This document shows, piece after piece, positions 27,226 to 37,740 of a DNA stretch of 64,000 nucleotides. Both the position numbers and the translations under genes were made by a program. The stretch is from IMG/VR virus record IMGVR_UViG_3300029818_000001, positions 1-64,000 of that record. One strand, given 5' to 3'. How positions within the stretch are numbered: the first letter of the stretch is position 1; each line of letters begins with the position of its first letter. This DNA comes from a virus. Lineage: Duplodnaviria > Caudoviricetes. A model generated the notes under the pieces. That model had not been told where the DNA came from. It saw nothing but the letters and a program-made list of their open reading frames with translations, and made no database searches.

Positions 27226-27935
27226 TGTCAACCTCTGAGATTATTAAGGATATTCAGTCGCTATCGATGGACGCCGTTGTCGAGCTGTTTACACTCGACT
27301 TTACCAACATTCAGGCGGGCGGAATATTGAGATTTCACGCTGGAACGAACGAGTTGAGACAAAACGTCATTTGGCAGGGTAATGAATATTACGCAATGCC
27401 AATCGAGGCGGAAGGCTTTGAGAAACTAACTCAGGGAACTCTGCCTAGGCCAAAGATTCGTGTCGCCAATACGGATGGCGCACTTAGCGCTCAAGTTGCT
27501 GCGGCAGACGATCTTGTTGGCTGCAAGGTTATAAGAAAGCGCACCTTGGTTAAATATCTGGATGCCGTCAACTTCACTGGCGGTGTGAATCCATTAGCAA
27601 ACCCCAATCAGCACTTTCCTGATGACGTTTGGTATGTCGAGCAAAAGCTTTCTGAGAATCGGCTGTCTATCGAGTGGGAGCTTAGCTCTGTGCTTGATTT
27701 ACAAGGTGTGATGTTGCCAAGAAGACAAATCATTATGAATTCGTGCTCATGGGAATACAAGGGTGAAAATTGCGGATACTCAGGCTCAGATTATTTCAAT
27801 GCTCAAGACCTTCCTACGAACATGAGTAATGACGTGTGCGGGAAGAGATTGAACTCCTGCAAGATTCGGTCAAGCGGCTTTTCTGGCGGCGTCTTGCCGT
27901 TCGGAGGCTTCCCTGGAGCTAAGAGATATGATTAA
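27225..27935 (+). CDS. Minor tail protein (lambda L-like)
   Basis: WQGNEYYAMPIEAEGF, C.WEYKG..CGY, CGKRLNSC, PFGGFPG. Confidence 0.92.
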   Translation: MSTSEIIKDIQSLSMDAVVELFTLDFTNIQAGGILRFHAGTNELRQNVIWQGNEYYAMPIEAEGFEKLTQGTLPRPKIRVANTDGALSAQVAAADDLVGCKVIRKRTLVKYLDAVNFTGGVNPLANPNQHFPDDVWYVEQKLSENRLSIEWELSSVLDLQGVMLPRRQIIMNSCSWEYKGENCGYSGSDYFNAQDLPTNMSNDVCGKRLNSCKIRSSGFSGGVLPFGGFPGAKRYD

Positions 27936-28680
27936 CAGATTAAATAAGCGGATTGTGTCGCTTGTTCGTGCGGAAGCCAAAAGACGCTATCCAGAAGAGG
28001 CATGTGGGCTAGTTATAAGATCGAATAGAGGCTTCGTGGGCGTCTCTTGCAAGAATGTAGCTGACGAGCCTTGTGGCAATTTTGTTATTTCCTCCGCAGA
28101 GTTTACCAGTATCGCTGACAGAGGCGAGATAGTCGCTGTCTGGCACACTCATATCGACCGCCCCCCAACACCATCCGTTATCGACATTTTTGGCTGCAAT
28201 GCCACCGACGTTAATTGGTTCATTGTCGCGATTCAAAAAACCGATGATGATTTCGAGATAAGCGAGCCTTATCTGCTAAAGCCTAATCAAGATACGGGCT
28301 ACATTGGCAGACCTTACGCCTACGGCTTCTATGACTGCTTCACAATAGCTGAAAGCTATTATCGCAAGGAGTTTGGCATTGTCTTTTCTCATAAGCCCTC
28401 TGGCTACCCAGAGATCGAGGATTGGTATAAGAAAGGCATGAATCTTTTGGAGGATAACTTCGAGAAGAATGGCTTTGTTCGTCTGATCGACACCAAGCCG
28501 ATCGAGGGCGATATCTTATTGATTCAAATGGGTAGCGACGTGCCAAACCATATTGCCATCTATGTCGGAGATAACCGCATTTTACACCACTGTGCGGGCA
28601 AATTGTCTAGCGTTGACTTCTACGGTGGGTATTGGAAGAAACATACGACGCATCACCTGCGTCACGAAAATAGGATTTGA
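27928..28680 (+). CDS. Tail tip assembly protein K (JAB/MPN + NlpC/P60)
   Basis: YPEEACG, HTHID...PS..D, G.YDCF, NHIAIY. Confidence 0.92.
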   Translation: MINRLNKRIVSLVRAEAKRRYPEEACGLVIRSNRGFVGVSCKNVADEPCGNFVISSAEFTSIADRGEIVAVWHTHIDRPPTPSVIDIFGCNATDVNWFIVAIQKTDDDFEISEPYLLKPNQDTGYIGRPYAYGFYDCFTIAESYYRKEFGIVFSHKPSGYPEIEDWYKKGMNLLEDNFEKNGFVRLIDTKPIEGDILLIQMGSDVPNHIAIYVGDNRILHHCAGKLSSVDFYGGYWKKHTTHHLRHENRI

Positions 28681-28683
28681 TGA

Positions 28684-29298
28684 ATGCTGACTAAGATAAT
28701 TCTAGATGGACCGATGGGTAAGAGATTTGGCCGCGAGTGGAATCTTGCCGTAAATTCGCCAGCAGATGCGTTGAGAATGATAGATGCCAATAAGTCAGGC
28801 GTCTTTGTGTGGATTCGCGACAATTTGGACAAATACGAGGGTTATCAGATCATTTGTAAACATGAGGATGGCTCCGAAGAGTATCTAAATAACGACACGT
28901 TCGAGTTGGAGAGAAAGCTGAAGGAGATTCGCTTTGTTCCGACCGTAGTGGGGGCCGGTGGCAACAATAAAGGCATGGGCGCTTTGCAGATAGTTTTAGG
29001 CATTGTCATCATTATCGCGGCCATTTGGACCGGCGGCATGGCTGCCGCCGCCATTCCTGGCGTATTGGCGGGTGTCAGCATGATTGCCAGCGGTATCGTT
29101 ACCATGCTAACCACGATGCCCAAGCCGGGCGATATGTCGGATACGGAGCGTAGAGATGGAACGTCTTACTATTTCGACGGGCCGACCAATACATCTATGG
29201 AAGGTGTGCCGGTGCCCTTAATAATAGGCCGGTGTCTAGTTGGATCTCACCCAATTTATGTCAATTTAACAGTGGATGATAAGGTAAAAGGATCATGA
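28684..29298 (+). CDS. Tail assembly protein I
   Basis: L.GPMGKRFGR, hydrophobic segment, SYYFDGPTN...GVPVPLIIG. Confidence 0.9.
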   Translation: MLTKIILDGPMGKRFGREWNLAVNSPADALRMIDANKSGVFVWIRDNLDKYEGYQIICKHEDGSEEYLNNDTFELERKLKEIRFVPTVVGAGGNNKGMGALQIVLGIVIIIAAIWTGGMAAAAIPGVLAGVSMIASGIVTMLTTMPKPGDMSDTERRDGTSYYFDGPTNTSMEGVPVPLIIGRCLVGSHPIYVNLTVDDKVKGS

Positions 29299-32200
29299 GT
29301 GTAAGTCAGGTTATCGGGTCGGGCGGCGGCTGCTTTAGAAAAGGCACTCAGATTCAGCTAGAGCACGGTAAGACTGTCGCTATCGATAGTCTAAAAGAAG
29401 GCGATGAAGTCCTGGCGTTTGACGAGGCTGGAGACATTCATGTCGCAAAAGTTATCAAGCTACATATCCACGAAGAGCCGCAGCCTATTCTCAGAGTCAA
29501 ATTTTGGCGGGGTGAGATATTCGTTACGCCAAATCATTGGGTTTTAAATCAATTCTGCTCTTTCGTGGAAATGAGCACATTGTCTATCGATGACGCGCTC
29601 GTTGACAGCATGGGGCATTTGAGACCCATCATAGAGATGGAGCATGTGGGTTTTGAAGAAGTCTACAACTTAACGGTTGAGCCGCATCACACCTTTATTG
29701 CAGATGGTGTTCGAGTTCACAACGGCGGTCATAGAGAGCGATATCCCGAAGTTAAGGGCGCTGGCGGAGGCTCCAAAAGCACAGGTGGTCGCGTCGCTGT
29801 CGAAGCAAGAGACACATTACGCTCTCACGCGCAGGTCTCTCTGATCGATCTGCTCGGAGAGGGCGAGATTGGCGGTCTAGTAGACGGAGCAAAGTCAATA
29901 TTCTTGGACGATACGCCTCTGATGAGCGCATCGGGCGGATACAATTTCACCAACGTGGAGTGGGATTTTAGGCCGGGAACGCCAAATCAATCAATCATTC
30001 CAAACTTTTCAGACGTTGGAACTCCGGTTGTTGCGAGTCATGCGCTGACGACATCGGCGCCCTATACATTTACCGTTAGCAATCCGAATGTAGATAGAGT
30101 TCGAATCGTTATGAATGTTTTGTCGCTAATGCGGCAAGACCCAGCGACAGGCGATATAAATGGAGCGCAGGTTAAATATCAATTCGCCATGTCTGTCGAT
30201 GGCGGGCCAATGTCAGTCATCGGTGACGATATAACCATTAAAGGTAAGACTCGATCGAAGTATCAGCGCGCTCATCTTATTGATCTGCCCAAGCCTGGCT
30301 CGACATGGACGATACAGGTCAGAAGACTGACAGCCGACTCGTCATCTTCGGCGCTCTCTAACGCCACTCAAGTAGATAGCTATGTAGAGATTACCGATGT
30401 AAAGCTGAATTATCCAAACTCAGCTTTGGTTTCGATGGCATTCGACCCCGAGTCATTCTCAAGAGTCCCAAGACGGTCGTATCTCGTCGATGGCGCTTAT
30501 ATTCAGGTTCCATCCAACTATGATCCTGTCACCAGAACTTACGCTGGAATTTGGAATGGCACTTTCAAGGTTGCGATATCTAACAATCCGGCGTGGTGGC
30601 TTTATGAGTTGTTGGTCAATAAGCGAGTGGGGCTTGGCGACTACATCAGCTCAAATCAGGTCAACAAGGCAAAGCTTTATCTTGTCGGCAAGTATTGCGA
30701 CGAGCTTGTGGATAATGGCTACGGCAGTCTTGAGCCGCGCTTCACCATCAATACGTCCATTCAAACCCGCGCAGAAGCCTATAAGCTGATTTCCGACATT
30801 GCGTCGGTGTTCAGAGGGATGGCATTTTGGGGTGGGGAGATGGTTGACTTCACCAACGATGCGCCAAGCCCTGGCGTTGGTATGGTGTTCTCTCAAGCCA
30901 ACGTCGTTGACGGTCTATTTAATTATGTCGGGTCGTCAAGAAAAGACAGACATAGCGTTGTCTTGGTCACATGGAACGATCCAGCCTCTAACTATAAGCA
31001 AAGAGTCGCCTATGTAGAAGATGCGGAGCTGATTCAAAAGATTGGCTATAAAAAGCTGGAGACTATCGCGTTCGGTTGCACAAGCGAGGCACAAGCTATC
31101 CGCGCGGGAAGATGGATTCTTTATACCGAGCGATACGAGACCAATTTGATTACCTTCAAGGTCGGCATGGATGCCGCCTTAGTAATGCCTGGTGAAGTCA
31201 TCAGAATTCACGAGCCGACAAGAGCCGGGAAGCGCATGAGTGGTCGCATTAAAAGCGCAACCACAACATCAGTAACGCTCGATGCTCCTGTTACTCTCGA
31301 TACCTCAAATGCCACCATCAGCGTTAGATTACCCGATGGAACATTCGTAGATAGACAAGTCAATCAGGGAATAGGGAGTCATTCGGTATTAACTTGGACC
31401 AGCGCCTTATCTGTGGTTCCCAGTAAGATGGCTATGTTTGTGGTGTCGGAGACGAATCTCGTGCCGATGCTGGCCCGAGTTATCAACGTTAAGCCAGGCG
31501 AGGGCGATCAAAAACACACTTACGAAATTGCATGCGTAGAACATAATCCTACCAAATACAATGCGGTCGAGAGCAACCTTCTTATCGAGCAGCCCCAAAC
31601 CTCGATCGTGGACCCATTTAATGAAAACCCGACCAATATATCGATAGACGAGTCGACCTATTTTATCGCACCAGGCGTTATTGGCTCTAAGCTTCACATT
31701 TCATGGGAAGGTAAGGCTAAGTATTTTGAAGTCAGTTACCGCATCACTGTTGACGATGAGACTTCGAACTGGCACATAGAGACAATCACGGTCCCCTCTT
31801 ACGAGATTCTAGGTCTGCGAGCCGGTTCGGTTGTGGACATCAGAGTTATTGCCGTTAGCAGCAAGGATGTCAGATCACTACCGCTTGACGCAACCTACTC
31901 GATACTGGGTAAGACAGCCGCGCCTTCGCCGCCAACTAATCTGACCGCACAGCCGCAAGGCTCAAGGTCTGTTTTGTTACGATGGACGAATCCCGCCGAC
32001 ATAGATTTCGATCATGTCGAAATCTATATGAGTGTGCCAGCAGAGCCGGAGAATCCAGAAGATCCATTGAGTGTTCAGGCGGCGATAGATGCAGCCGACA
32101 ATGGTCTATTGGCAGAGCGCATCGCTAGAACCTCTGGAGATACTTTTCTAGTTACCGGATTGCCGCCTCAAGCCGTAACTCGCTTTTTTTGGGCGAAGGC

Positions 32201-35200
32201 GGTTGACACATCGGGTAATAAGTCGCAATTTAACGCAATTCCAGGCACGTCGGCAAGCACCGAAGCAGAAGCCGACTACATGGTTGCTCTTCTTGAGAAT
32301 AAAATCGGCTCATCAACATTAAGTCAAGAGTTGGCCGAGAGAATCGACGGCGCAGGCGATTTGGGAATCGTGGTCCAAGCGCAGCAAGAAGTTATCGATG
32401 GCGTTCTTGGTAAATACACAGTCAAGATAGATCACAATGGCTACGTTTCCGGCTACGGTCTGATGAGTGAGGAGAATGACGGCGCCATCATTTCTGAGTT
32501 CGCCGTCAGAGCGGATAGATTCTCAATAGGTAGCCCTTCTGGGTCAACTTCAGAACTTGCAACGCCATTTATGGTGTTAAGCACACCTACGGTAATTGAC
32601 GGAACTACGTTTGATCCTGGCGTTTATATGAATAGCGCCATGATTACCAAACTCACAGCTTCGCAAATAGATACAAGAGGTCTGACGGTTAGAGGCGACG
32701 ATGGCAGAATTATTCTAAGCACCGACGTTCCGCTCGATTACGAGACCGACGTAACCAATAAGCCGGAAATGATTAGCTTTCACGACACCTTTCAGTTTGG
32801 TCTGTCAAGCTCGTGGTTCGAAAGCCCAGACTCGATTAAAAATGGCGTATTCGGTGTAGAGGATAGCATCGGAGCGCTGTCTGGTGGGCGCGTTCTGAGA
32901 GTCGGCAACAACTCTGGCAACAACATGGTTTGGTTCGTGAATAGTCAAAAGTTCGCCTTTGACCATGGCGCACTTTATCAAATAAAGTGCCGAGTAAGGC
33001 GGCTCGCCGGAACGGGAAGTGTGTATGTTGGCTTGGTTGGCGTGGGCGCCGACGGCGTTACGCTCGTCAACAAAAATGGCGCAAACGGCTTGGCCGATCA
33101 GCACTTTGTCGTAGCGTCTGGCGCCAATCCTGGCAATTCATGGGTTGAATATGTCGGCTACGTCAAAGGTGTCGCTCTTCAAGGAACCAGCGTGGCTGCG
33201 CCGTCGATAGAGTCACCAGGCGTTTTACATCAAAACGTGAGATTCGTTAGACCTGTGCTGATCGCGAATTATAGTAATCAGTCAGGCATTACAGAGTTTG
33301 ACGTATTCTCGATGACGCAAATTACGGCAGACCTTAGCACTGGCGCATCGGTTAGATACATTTACAGCGAGTTCGCGACTCCACCTGCGCTACCACCTAG
33401 CGATCAGACAACTGGTTGGGATATTACGTCTAGCGAGTTCGCGATATGGGCGTCGCTTCAGATAAACACCACATCTCCGTCGGGCGTCATCACGGAATAT
33501 GGACCCTGGGGGCAGCCCGTTAGAATCAAAGGAAACACGGGGCCAAGTGGTGCATCGGGTCAGGCGGTCGATATTATTTTCAGACGGTCAGCTGGTCAGC
33601 CGGCTACGCCAAACTCAAGTCTAAATCTACCAAATCTTTGGCATACCGATGTTAATAGCGTTCCAAATGGGCCAAACCCTTTGTGGTCGTGCGTTGGCAA
33701 AAGGTCTGACCCAGGGGCGAATTGGATTTGGGAGACTCCGGTTAAGATTAGCGGCGAGACGGTTGTCGAACTTCTGACATTTAGAAGATTCGCTTCTCAG
33801 CCCACTACGCCGACAGGGGGAACCTATAACGCAGCAACCAACGTATTCACGCCGCCTACCAATTGGTCTTCGTCGATTCCATCTGGCACCGACCCTGTGT
33901 GGGTTTCGGTTGGTCTGGTGACAATTGGCGGCTCTGAGACGATAGGCACTCCTACTTGGTCTACAGCAGCCAAAGCGTTTCAAGATGGTCAAAGCGGGTT
34001 AAATGGAAGTAGAACGGCGATACTGGATATGTATCGATGGTCTGCTTCGCCTCCGACTTCATTTCCTTCTGGAAGTTCTACATACACCTGGGCAACCGCG
34101 CAATTTACAGCTCCGTCATCACCTAACGGCTGGTCTCTGACGCCGCCCAGTCCAGTTAGCGGTCATAATCTATACATTTGCCGCCAACTGTATTCTGATA
34201 ATAATACAAGCAGCCAAACGACTATTGCTTGGACTGCCAATACAGCTCAAGCAATTGGCAAAGCGGGGTCGGATGGACAGCCTGGGCAGGATGCACAGTA
34301 TGTTACGGTAAGCTCCGAGCAAGCCTTTAAGTATACAGGTGGCTCATCGACGCCAGTAAATACAACTATCATTATGACCGCAACACTCTTCGGGGGCTTG
34401 AGTGGTTATCAATGGCAATATTGGAATGGGTCTTCATGGGCGAATTTTACCAGCAATACAGGTAGCACATATTCACTCACTCACAACAATGCTGCGTGGG
34501 GGACAAGTCAAGCGCTTAGAGTCCGATGTTTATCTGGTGGTAAGTTTGACGAAACAACGATTGTCAAATTATATGATGGGGAGTCTGGGGCACAAGGCTC
34601 AAATGCAAGAGTTGGCTTCTTAACCAACGAAAGTCACTCTGTTGCGACAAATAGCTTAGGCGGTGGGTATGCGTTGGGCTCGGCTGGTGGCTTTTTCAAA
34701 GTGTTTGACGGGACGAGCGATGTAAGTGGCTCGTCAGCATATACCGTATCTGGCGGCAGTGTCTCTGGCGGCAATCACGTCAGAACGTTAAATGGTTTGA
34801 CGATGACTATTAATCGAACCACGGGTCAGTATTCTCTATCTGGCTCGTCATGGTCATCGGACTCTCTTTCATTTGACTTAGTTGCTATATATGGCGGCAC
34901 CTCTATCGCCAAAACCTATACCATAGTCAAGGCAAAAGCTGGAGCAACCGGCGTCAGCATATCAGGCGTTGTGAATAACTATCTGGCTTCATCAAGTAGC
35001 TCTGGCGTGACCACAGCGACGCCAGGCTGGACCACAACTGTTCAAACCATAACCGCTGTCAATAAGTTTTTGTGGAATTACGAAACCATAACTTACAGTA
35101 ACGGCGCAACGACCGTGACAACGCCAACCATTATAGGCGTTCATGGTAGTGAAGGTAGAGGCATAACCAGCGTTTTGGAAGAGTATGCTGTCGGCAGCTC

Positions 35201-37061
35201 AAGTAGCACAGCGCCAACATCTTGGTCTACCACCTTACAGACTACAACCACAACAAATCGCTTCCTTTGGAACCGCGAAACCATAACCTACACTGACAGC
35301 ACGACAAGTAGCGCTCAAAGAGTTATAGGGACTCATGGAGCTACGGGCACAAACGGCACAAACGGCGCAAACGGCACAAGAACGGCCTTCTTAGAGCTTT
35401 ACAAGTGGGCGGCGACTAAGCCGGCAAGCTCATTTCCTTCTGGAAGCTCCACTTACACCTGGGCAACCGGTGCATTCACATTACCTTCTTCTCATAATGG
35501 TTGGACGCTTCTGCCGGGCGACGCTGTTCCTGGGCAAACACTCTGGGCAGTTGGGCAAGTGTATTCTGACAGCAATACGACAGCTCAAAGTAACGTTACA
35601 TGGTCGATAACTTCTTCAAAGGTTCACGCTGTGGGGGCCGCGGGAACCAATGGCACAAATGGTCAGGGTCAAGTTAAGTCCTTTGCGTTTAGGCGTCAGA
35701 CATCGGCTCCAAGCACACCTACGGGCGGAACATTTAGTTCGCCTAATCCGACAACATCCGGCTGGTCCGACGGCATTCCATCGGGGTCAAACCCTATTTG
35801 GGTAACTACGCGAATATTTACATCGGATGGGTTGTCGCCAGCGCAAGGCGCTTGGTCCACGCCTGTATTGTTTGCGCTGAATGGCGAAAGCGCTAACGGC
35901 GGCTCGGTAAGATATAAATTCAGCAGTAACGCCACTGCACCGGCGACAGGCACCGGCAGCAGCACATATCCGGGATCGAACTGGACGATAAATGCATCGT
36001 CCAGCACTATATGGATGACGCAGCAAGTTAACGCAGTTAATCCCTCTGGCACGATCGTATCCCATGGAAATTGGTCTACGCCGGTCAAGATTAAGGGGGA
36101 AGATGGGCCGTCAGTGACGATTAACCCATCAAGAGCGGCGACATTTACCTCGACAGATGGCGTGTTGAACTCAGGGCAGACCTCGATCGTTTTTACAGCA
36201 GCAGTTTTTAATATAGCAAGTCCTTCATACGCTTGGTCGATTACGCGACAAGGCGGCTCAGGAACAACCCCAACAGCCTCAAGCAGCTCAAGCTACACAG
36301 TGACGGCGGCAAATATGGGAACCTCCAAGTCGGTAATTGTTACCTGCACGGTTAACGGCACCTACGTTGCCAAAACGACCATAGCAACGCTAGATAGCTC
36401 CACAGCGGAGCCTAATGCGACAGCGGGTGCGACATTTACACCAGGTCAGCCAGGGACTATAGTGGGAACCATACCGAATCAGGCAGCATTTGATCTATAT
36501 TTAGGCTCGGTAAAGATTAAAAGGTCGCACATAGATAATTTGACTGTGGATACTGCCGATATTGTGGACGGCGCAGTTAAGAATGCGAAGATAGATAATG
36601 CCGCCATCAACACGCTAAAAATCGCAGGCAATGCCGTCAGTTCGACGTTCTTCGTCTCTACTGACGACGCCTTTAATCTGAATAGCAAATGGACAACCAT
36701 AGCCTCAATAACGGTTGCGGTATCCGGCCTTGGCACGGGCGAAACAGCAAATGTTGATCTGCTGGGTATGGCTAAAACCCCATCGGCAATTCACACTCAG
36801 CTCGTCGGCAACGCAAATCAGGTTCTTCGCAGTGCGGCAAGGTTTCAAATGCGGATTCTCAGAGGCAGCACACTTGTCGCTCAAACCAGCTCTGACATAT
36901 TGCGATCCACAGAAAACTCAGTAGGTGGCTCAGACAATGTTGCAAATGGCACATACACCTATCATCTTCAGATGATAAGACACTGGACTCATCCAGAGAA
37001 TTTTTATGGAGTCTATCGGGCGCGCGACGCTCACTTTACATTAAGGTTGACAAAGCGATGA
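29295..37061 (+). CDS. Central tail fibre / host-specificity protein J (2588 aa) with N-terminal Hint domain, FN3 domains and repeated modules
   Basis: DLLGEGEIGGL, NPAWWLY, EPRFTIN, GC.SEAQA.R.G.W, DUF1983-like KYTVKID..GYVSG. Confidence 0.93.
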   Translation: MSVSQVIGSGGGCFRKGTQIQLEHGKTVAIDSLKEGDEVLAFDEAGDIHVAKVIKLHIHEEPQPILRVKFWRGEIFVTPNHWVLNQFCSFVEMSTLSIDDALVDSMGHLRPIIEMEHVGFEEVYNLTVEPHHTFIADGVRVHNGGHRERYPEVKGAGGGSKSTGGRVAVEARDTLRSHAQVSLIDLLGEGEIGGLVDGAKSIFLDDTPLMSASGGYNFTNVEWDFRPGTPNQSIIPNFSDVGTPVVASHALTTSAPYTFTVSNPNVDRVRIVMNVLSLMRQDPATGDINGAQVKYQFAMSVDGGPMSVIGDDITIKGKTRSKYQRAHLIDLPKPGSTWTIQVRRLTADSSSSALSNATQVDSYVEITDVKLNYPNSALVSMAFDPESFSRVPRRSYLVDGAYIQVPSNYDPVTRTYAGIWNGTFKVAISNNPAWWLYELLVNKRVGLGDYISSNQVNKAKLYLVGKYCDELVDNGYGSLEPRFTINTSIQTRAEAYKLISDIASVFRGMAFWGGEMVDFTNDAPSPGVGMVFSQANVVDGLFNYVGSSRKDRHSVVLVTWNDPASNYKQRVAYVEDAELIQKIGYKKLETIAFGCTSEAQAIRAGRWILYTERYETNLITFKVGMDAALVMPGEVIRIHEPTRAGKRMSGRIKSATTTSVTLDAPVTLDTSNATISVRLPDGTFVDRQVNQGIGSHSVLTWTSALSVVPSKMAMFVVSETNLVPMLARVINVKPGEGDQKHTYEIACVEHNPTKYNAVESNLLIEQPQTSIVDPFNENPTNISIDESTYFIAPGVIGSKLHISWEGKAKYFEVSYRITVDDETSNWHIETITVPSYEILGLRAGSVVDIRVIAVSSKDVRSLPLDATYSILGKTAAPSPPTNLTAQPQGSRSVLLRWTNPADIDFDHVEIYMSVPAEPENPEDPLSVQAAIDAADNGLLAERIARTSGDTFLVTGLPPQAVTRFFWAKAVDTSGNKSQFNAIPGTSASTEAEADYMVALLENKIGSSTLSQELAERIDGAGDLGIVVQAQQEVIDGVLGKYTVKIDHNGYVSGYGLMSEENDGAIISEFAVRADRFSIGSPSGSTSELATPFMVLSTPTVIDGTTFDPGVYMNSAMITKLTASQIDTRGLTVRGDDGRIILSTDVPLDYETDVTNKPEMISFHDTFQFGLSSSWFESPDSIKNGVFGVEDSIGALSGGRVLRVGNNSGNNMVWFVNSQKFAFDHGALYQIKCRVRRLAGTGSVYVGLVGVGADGVTLVNKNGANGLADQHFVVASGANPGNSWVEYVGYVKGVALQGTSVAAPSIESPGVLHQNVRFVRPVLIANYSNQSGITEFDVFSMTQITADLSTGASVRYIYSEFATPPALPPSDQTTGWDITSSEFAIWASLQINTTSPSGVITEYGPWGQPVRIKGNTGPSGASGQAVDIIFRRSAGQPATPNSSLNLPNLWHTDVNSVPNGPNPLWSCVGKRSDPGANWIWETPVKISGETVVELLTFRRFASQPTTPTGGTYNAATNVFTPPTNWSSSIPSGTDPVWVSVGLVTIGGSETIGTPTWSTAAKAFQDGQSGLNGSRTAILDMYRWSASPPTSFPSGSSTYTWATAQFTAPSSPNGWSLTPPSPVSGHNLYICRQLYSDNNTSSQTTIAWTANTAQAIGKAGSDGQPGQDAQYVTVSSEQAFKYTGGSSTPVNTTIIMTATLFGGLSGYQWQYWNGSSWANFTSNTGSTYSLTHNNAAWGTSQALRVRCLSGGKFDETTIVKLYDGESGAQGSNARVGFLTNESHSVATNSLGGGYALGSAGGFFKVFDGTSDVSGSSAYTVSGGSVSGGNHVRTLNGLTMTINRTTGQYSLSGSSWSSDSLSFDLVAIYGGTSIAKTYTIVKAKAGATGVSISGVVNNYLASSSSSGVTTATPGWTTTVQTITAVNKFLWNYETITYSNGATTVTTPTIIGVHGSEGRGITSVLEEYAVGSSSSTAPTSWSTTLQTTTTTNRFLWNRETITYTDSTTSSAQRVIGTHGATGTNGTNGANGTRTAFLELYKWAATKPASSFPSGSSTYTWATGAFTLPSSHNGWTLLPGDAVPGQTLWAVGQVYSDSNTTAQSNVTWSITSSKVHAVGAAGTNGTNGQGQVKSFAFRRQTSAPSTPTGGTFSSPNPTTSGWSDGIPSGSNPIWVTTRIFTSDGLSPAQGAWSTPVLFALNGESANGGSVRYKFSSNATAPATGTGSSTYPGSNWTINASSSTIWMTQQVNAVNPSGTIVSHGNWSTPVKIKGEDGPSVTINPSRAATFTSTDGVLNSGQTSIVFTAAVFNIASPSYAWSITRQGGSGTTPTASSSSSYTVTAANMGTSKSVIVTCTVNGTYVAKTTIATLDSSTAEPNATAGATFTPGQPGTIVGTIPNQAAFDLYLGSVKIKRSHIDNLTVDTADIVDGAVKNAKIDNAAINTLKIAGNAVSSTFFVSTDDAFNLNSKWTTIASITVAVSGLGTGETANVDLLGMAKTPSAIHTQLVGNANQVLRSAARFQMRILRGSTLVAQTSSDILRSTENSVGGSDNVANGTYTYHLQMIRHWTHPENFYGVYRARDAHFTLRLTKR
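29331..29723 (+). other. Hint (mini-intein-like) domain, 131 aa, with Gly at +1
   Basis: CFRKGT start, VTPNHWV block B, VYNLTV...HTFIADGVRVHN end, followed by GG. Confidence 0.9.
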
Positions 37062-37687
37062 ATATTAGAGCGGGAGTTTACAATCCTCAAACTGGTCAAA
37101 TCATAAGGGTTGTCGGCTGCCCTGAGCAGCATTTAAATCTTCAAATTGACCACGAAACCGAGGCGGCATTAATACTTACTGATGACATTGGCATGAAAAC
37201 ACACTATGTCAACGTTGATGCGTCGCCACACACTTTTGTCGCCATACCAGAAAGCCCCTCTGAGTTTCACGATTGGGACCCCATTGATAAGGCGTGGGTT
37301 TTGTCTGTTGAGCGTATGAGATTTGATCTGCTAGATCAGATAAGCTACCTCTTCATAATAAAGAAGCATTTGCCAATATTGCACGATAGCAAAACGATGG
37401 ATGCCGATCAAACGGCTATGGACAATATAGCCGGAAAGCTTAAAGAGATCGAAATCTTGGGTCTGAATTACCCGACAGATATGCTTTTATGGCGTGACGC
37501 GAATAATGACAATCACAGTTGGCCCGACGTTGAGAGCTACAAAACCTTTCTGGAGGGTCTGGTAGTGGCGATATCACAAAGAACTACGCGACTTTACTTA
37601 GATTCCTGGCAAAAAAAGGCCGAGATAGATGCATTAGATAGCCTCAACATAGCGTCTTACGATGTTGAGCAAGGGTGGTCCGCTTAG
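37058..37687 (+). CDS. Putative tail fibre-associated/assembly protein
   Basis: Directly after J; WRDANN and YDVEQGW ends seen in fibre-associated proteins. Confidence 0.55.
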   Translation: MNIRAGVYNPQTGQIIRVVGCPEQHLNLQIDHETEAALILTDDIGMKTHYVNVDASPHTFVAIPESPSEFHDWDPIDKAWVLSVERMRFDLLDQISYLFIIKKHLPILHDSKTMDADQTAMDNIAGKLKEIEILGLNYPTDMLLWRDANNDNHSWPDVESYKTFLEGLVVAISQRTTRLYLDSWQKKAEIDALDSLNIASYDVEQGWSA

Positions 37688-37696
37688 TATAATAAG

Positions 37697-37714
37697 TAAG
37701 TAACCATTGACTTA
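37697..37714. promoter_or_regulatory. Operator-like copy TAAGTAA-CCAT-TGACTTA
   Basis: Upstream of holin-like gene. Confidence 0.7.
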
Positions 37715-37740
37715 TTAATTAAATCACAGGTAAACTATGT

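Noticed and set aside
29331-29723. Canonical splicing mini-intein
   Set aside because: The +1 residue is Gly, not Cys/Ser/Thr; treated as a cleaving Hint domain
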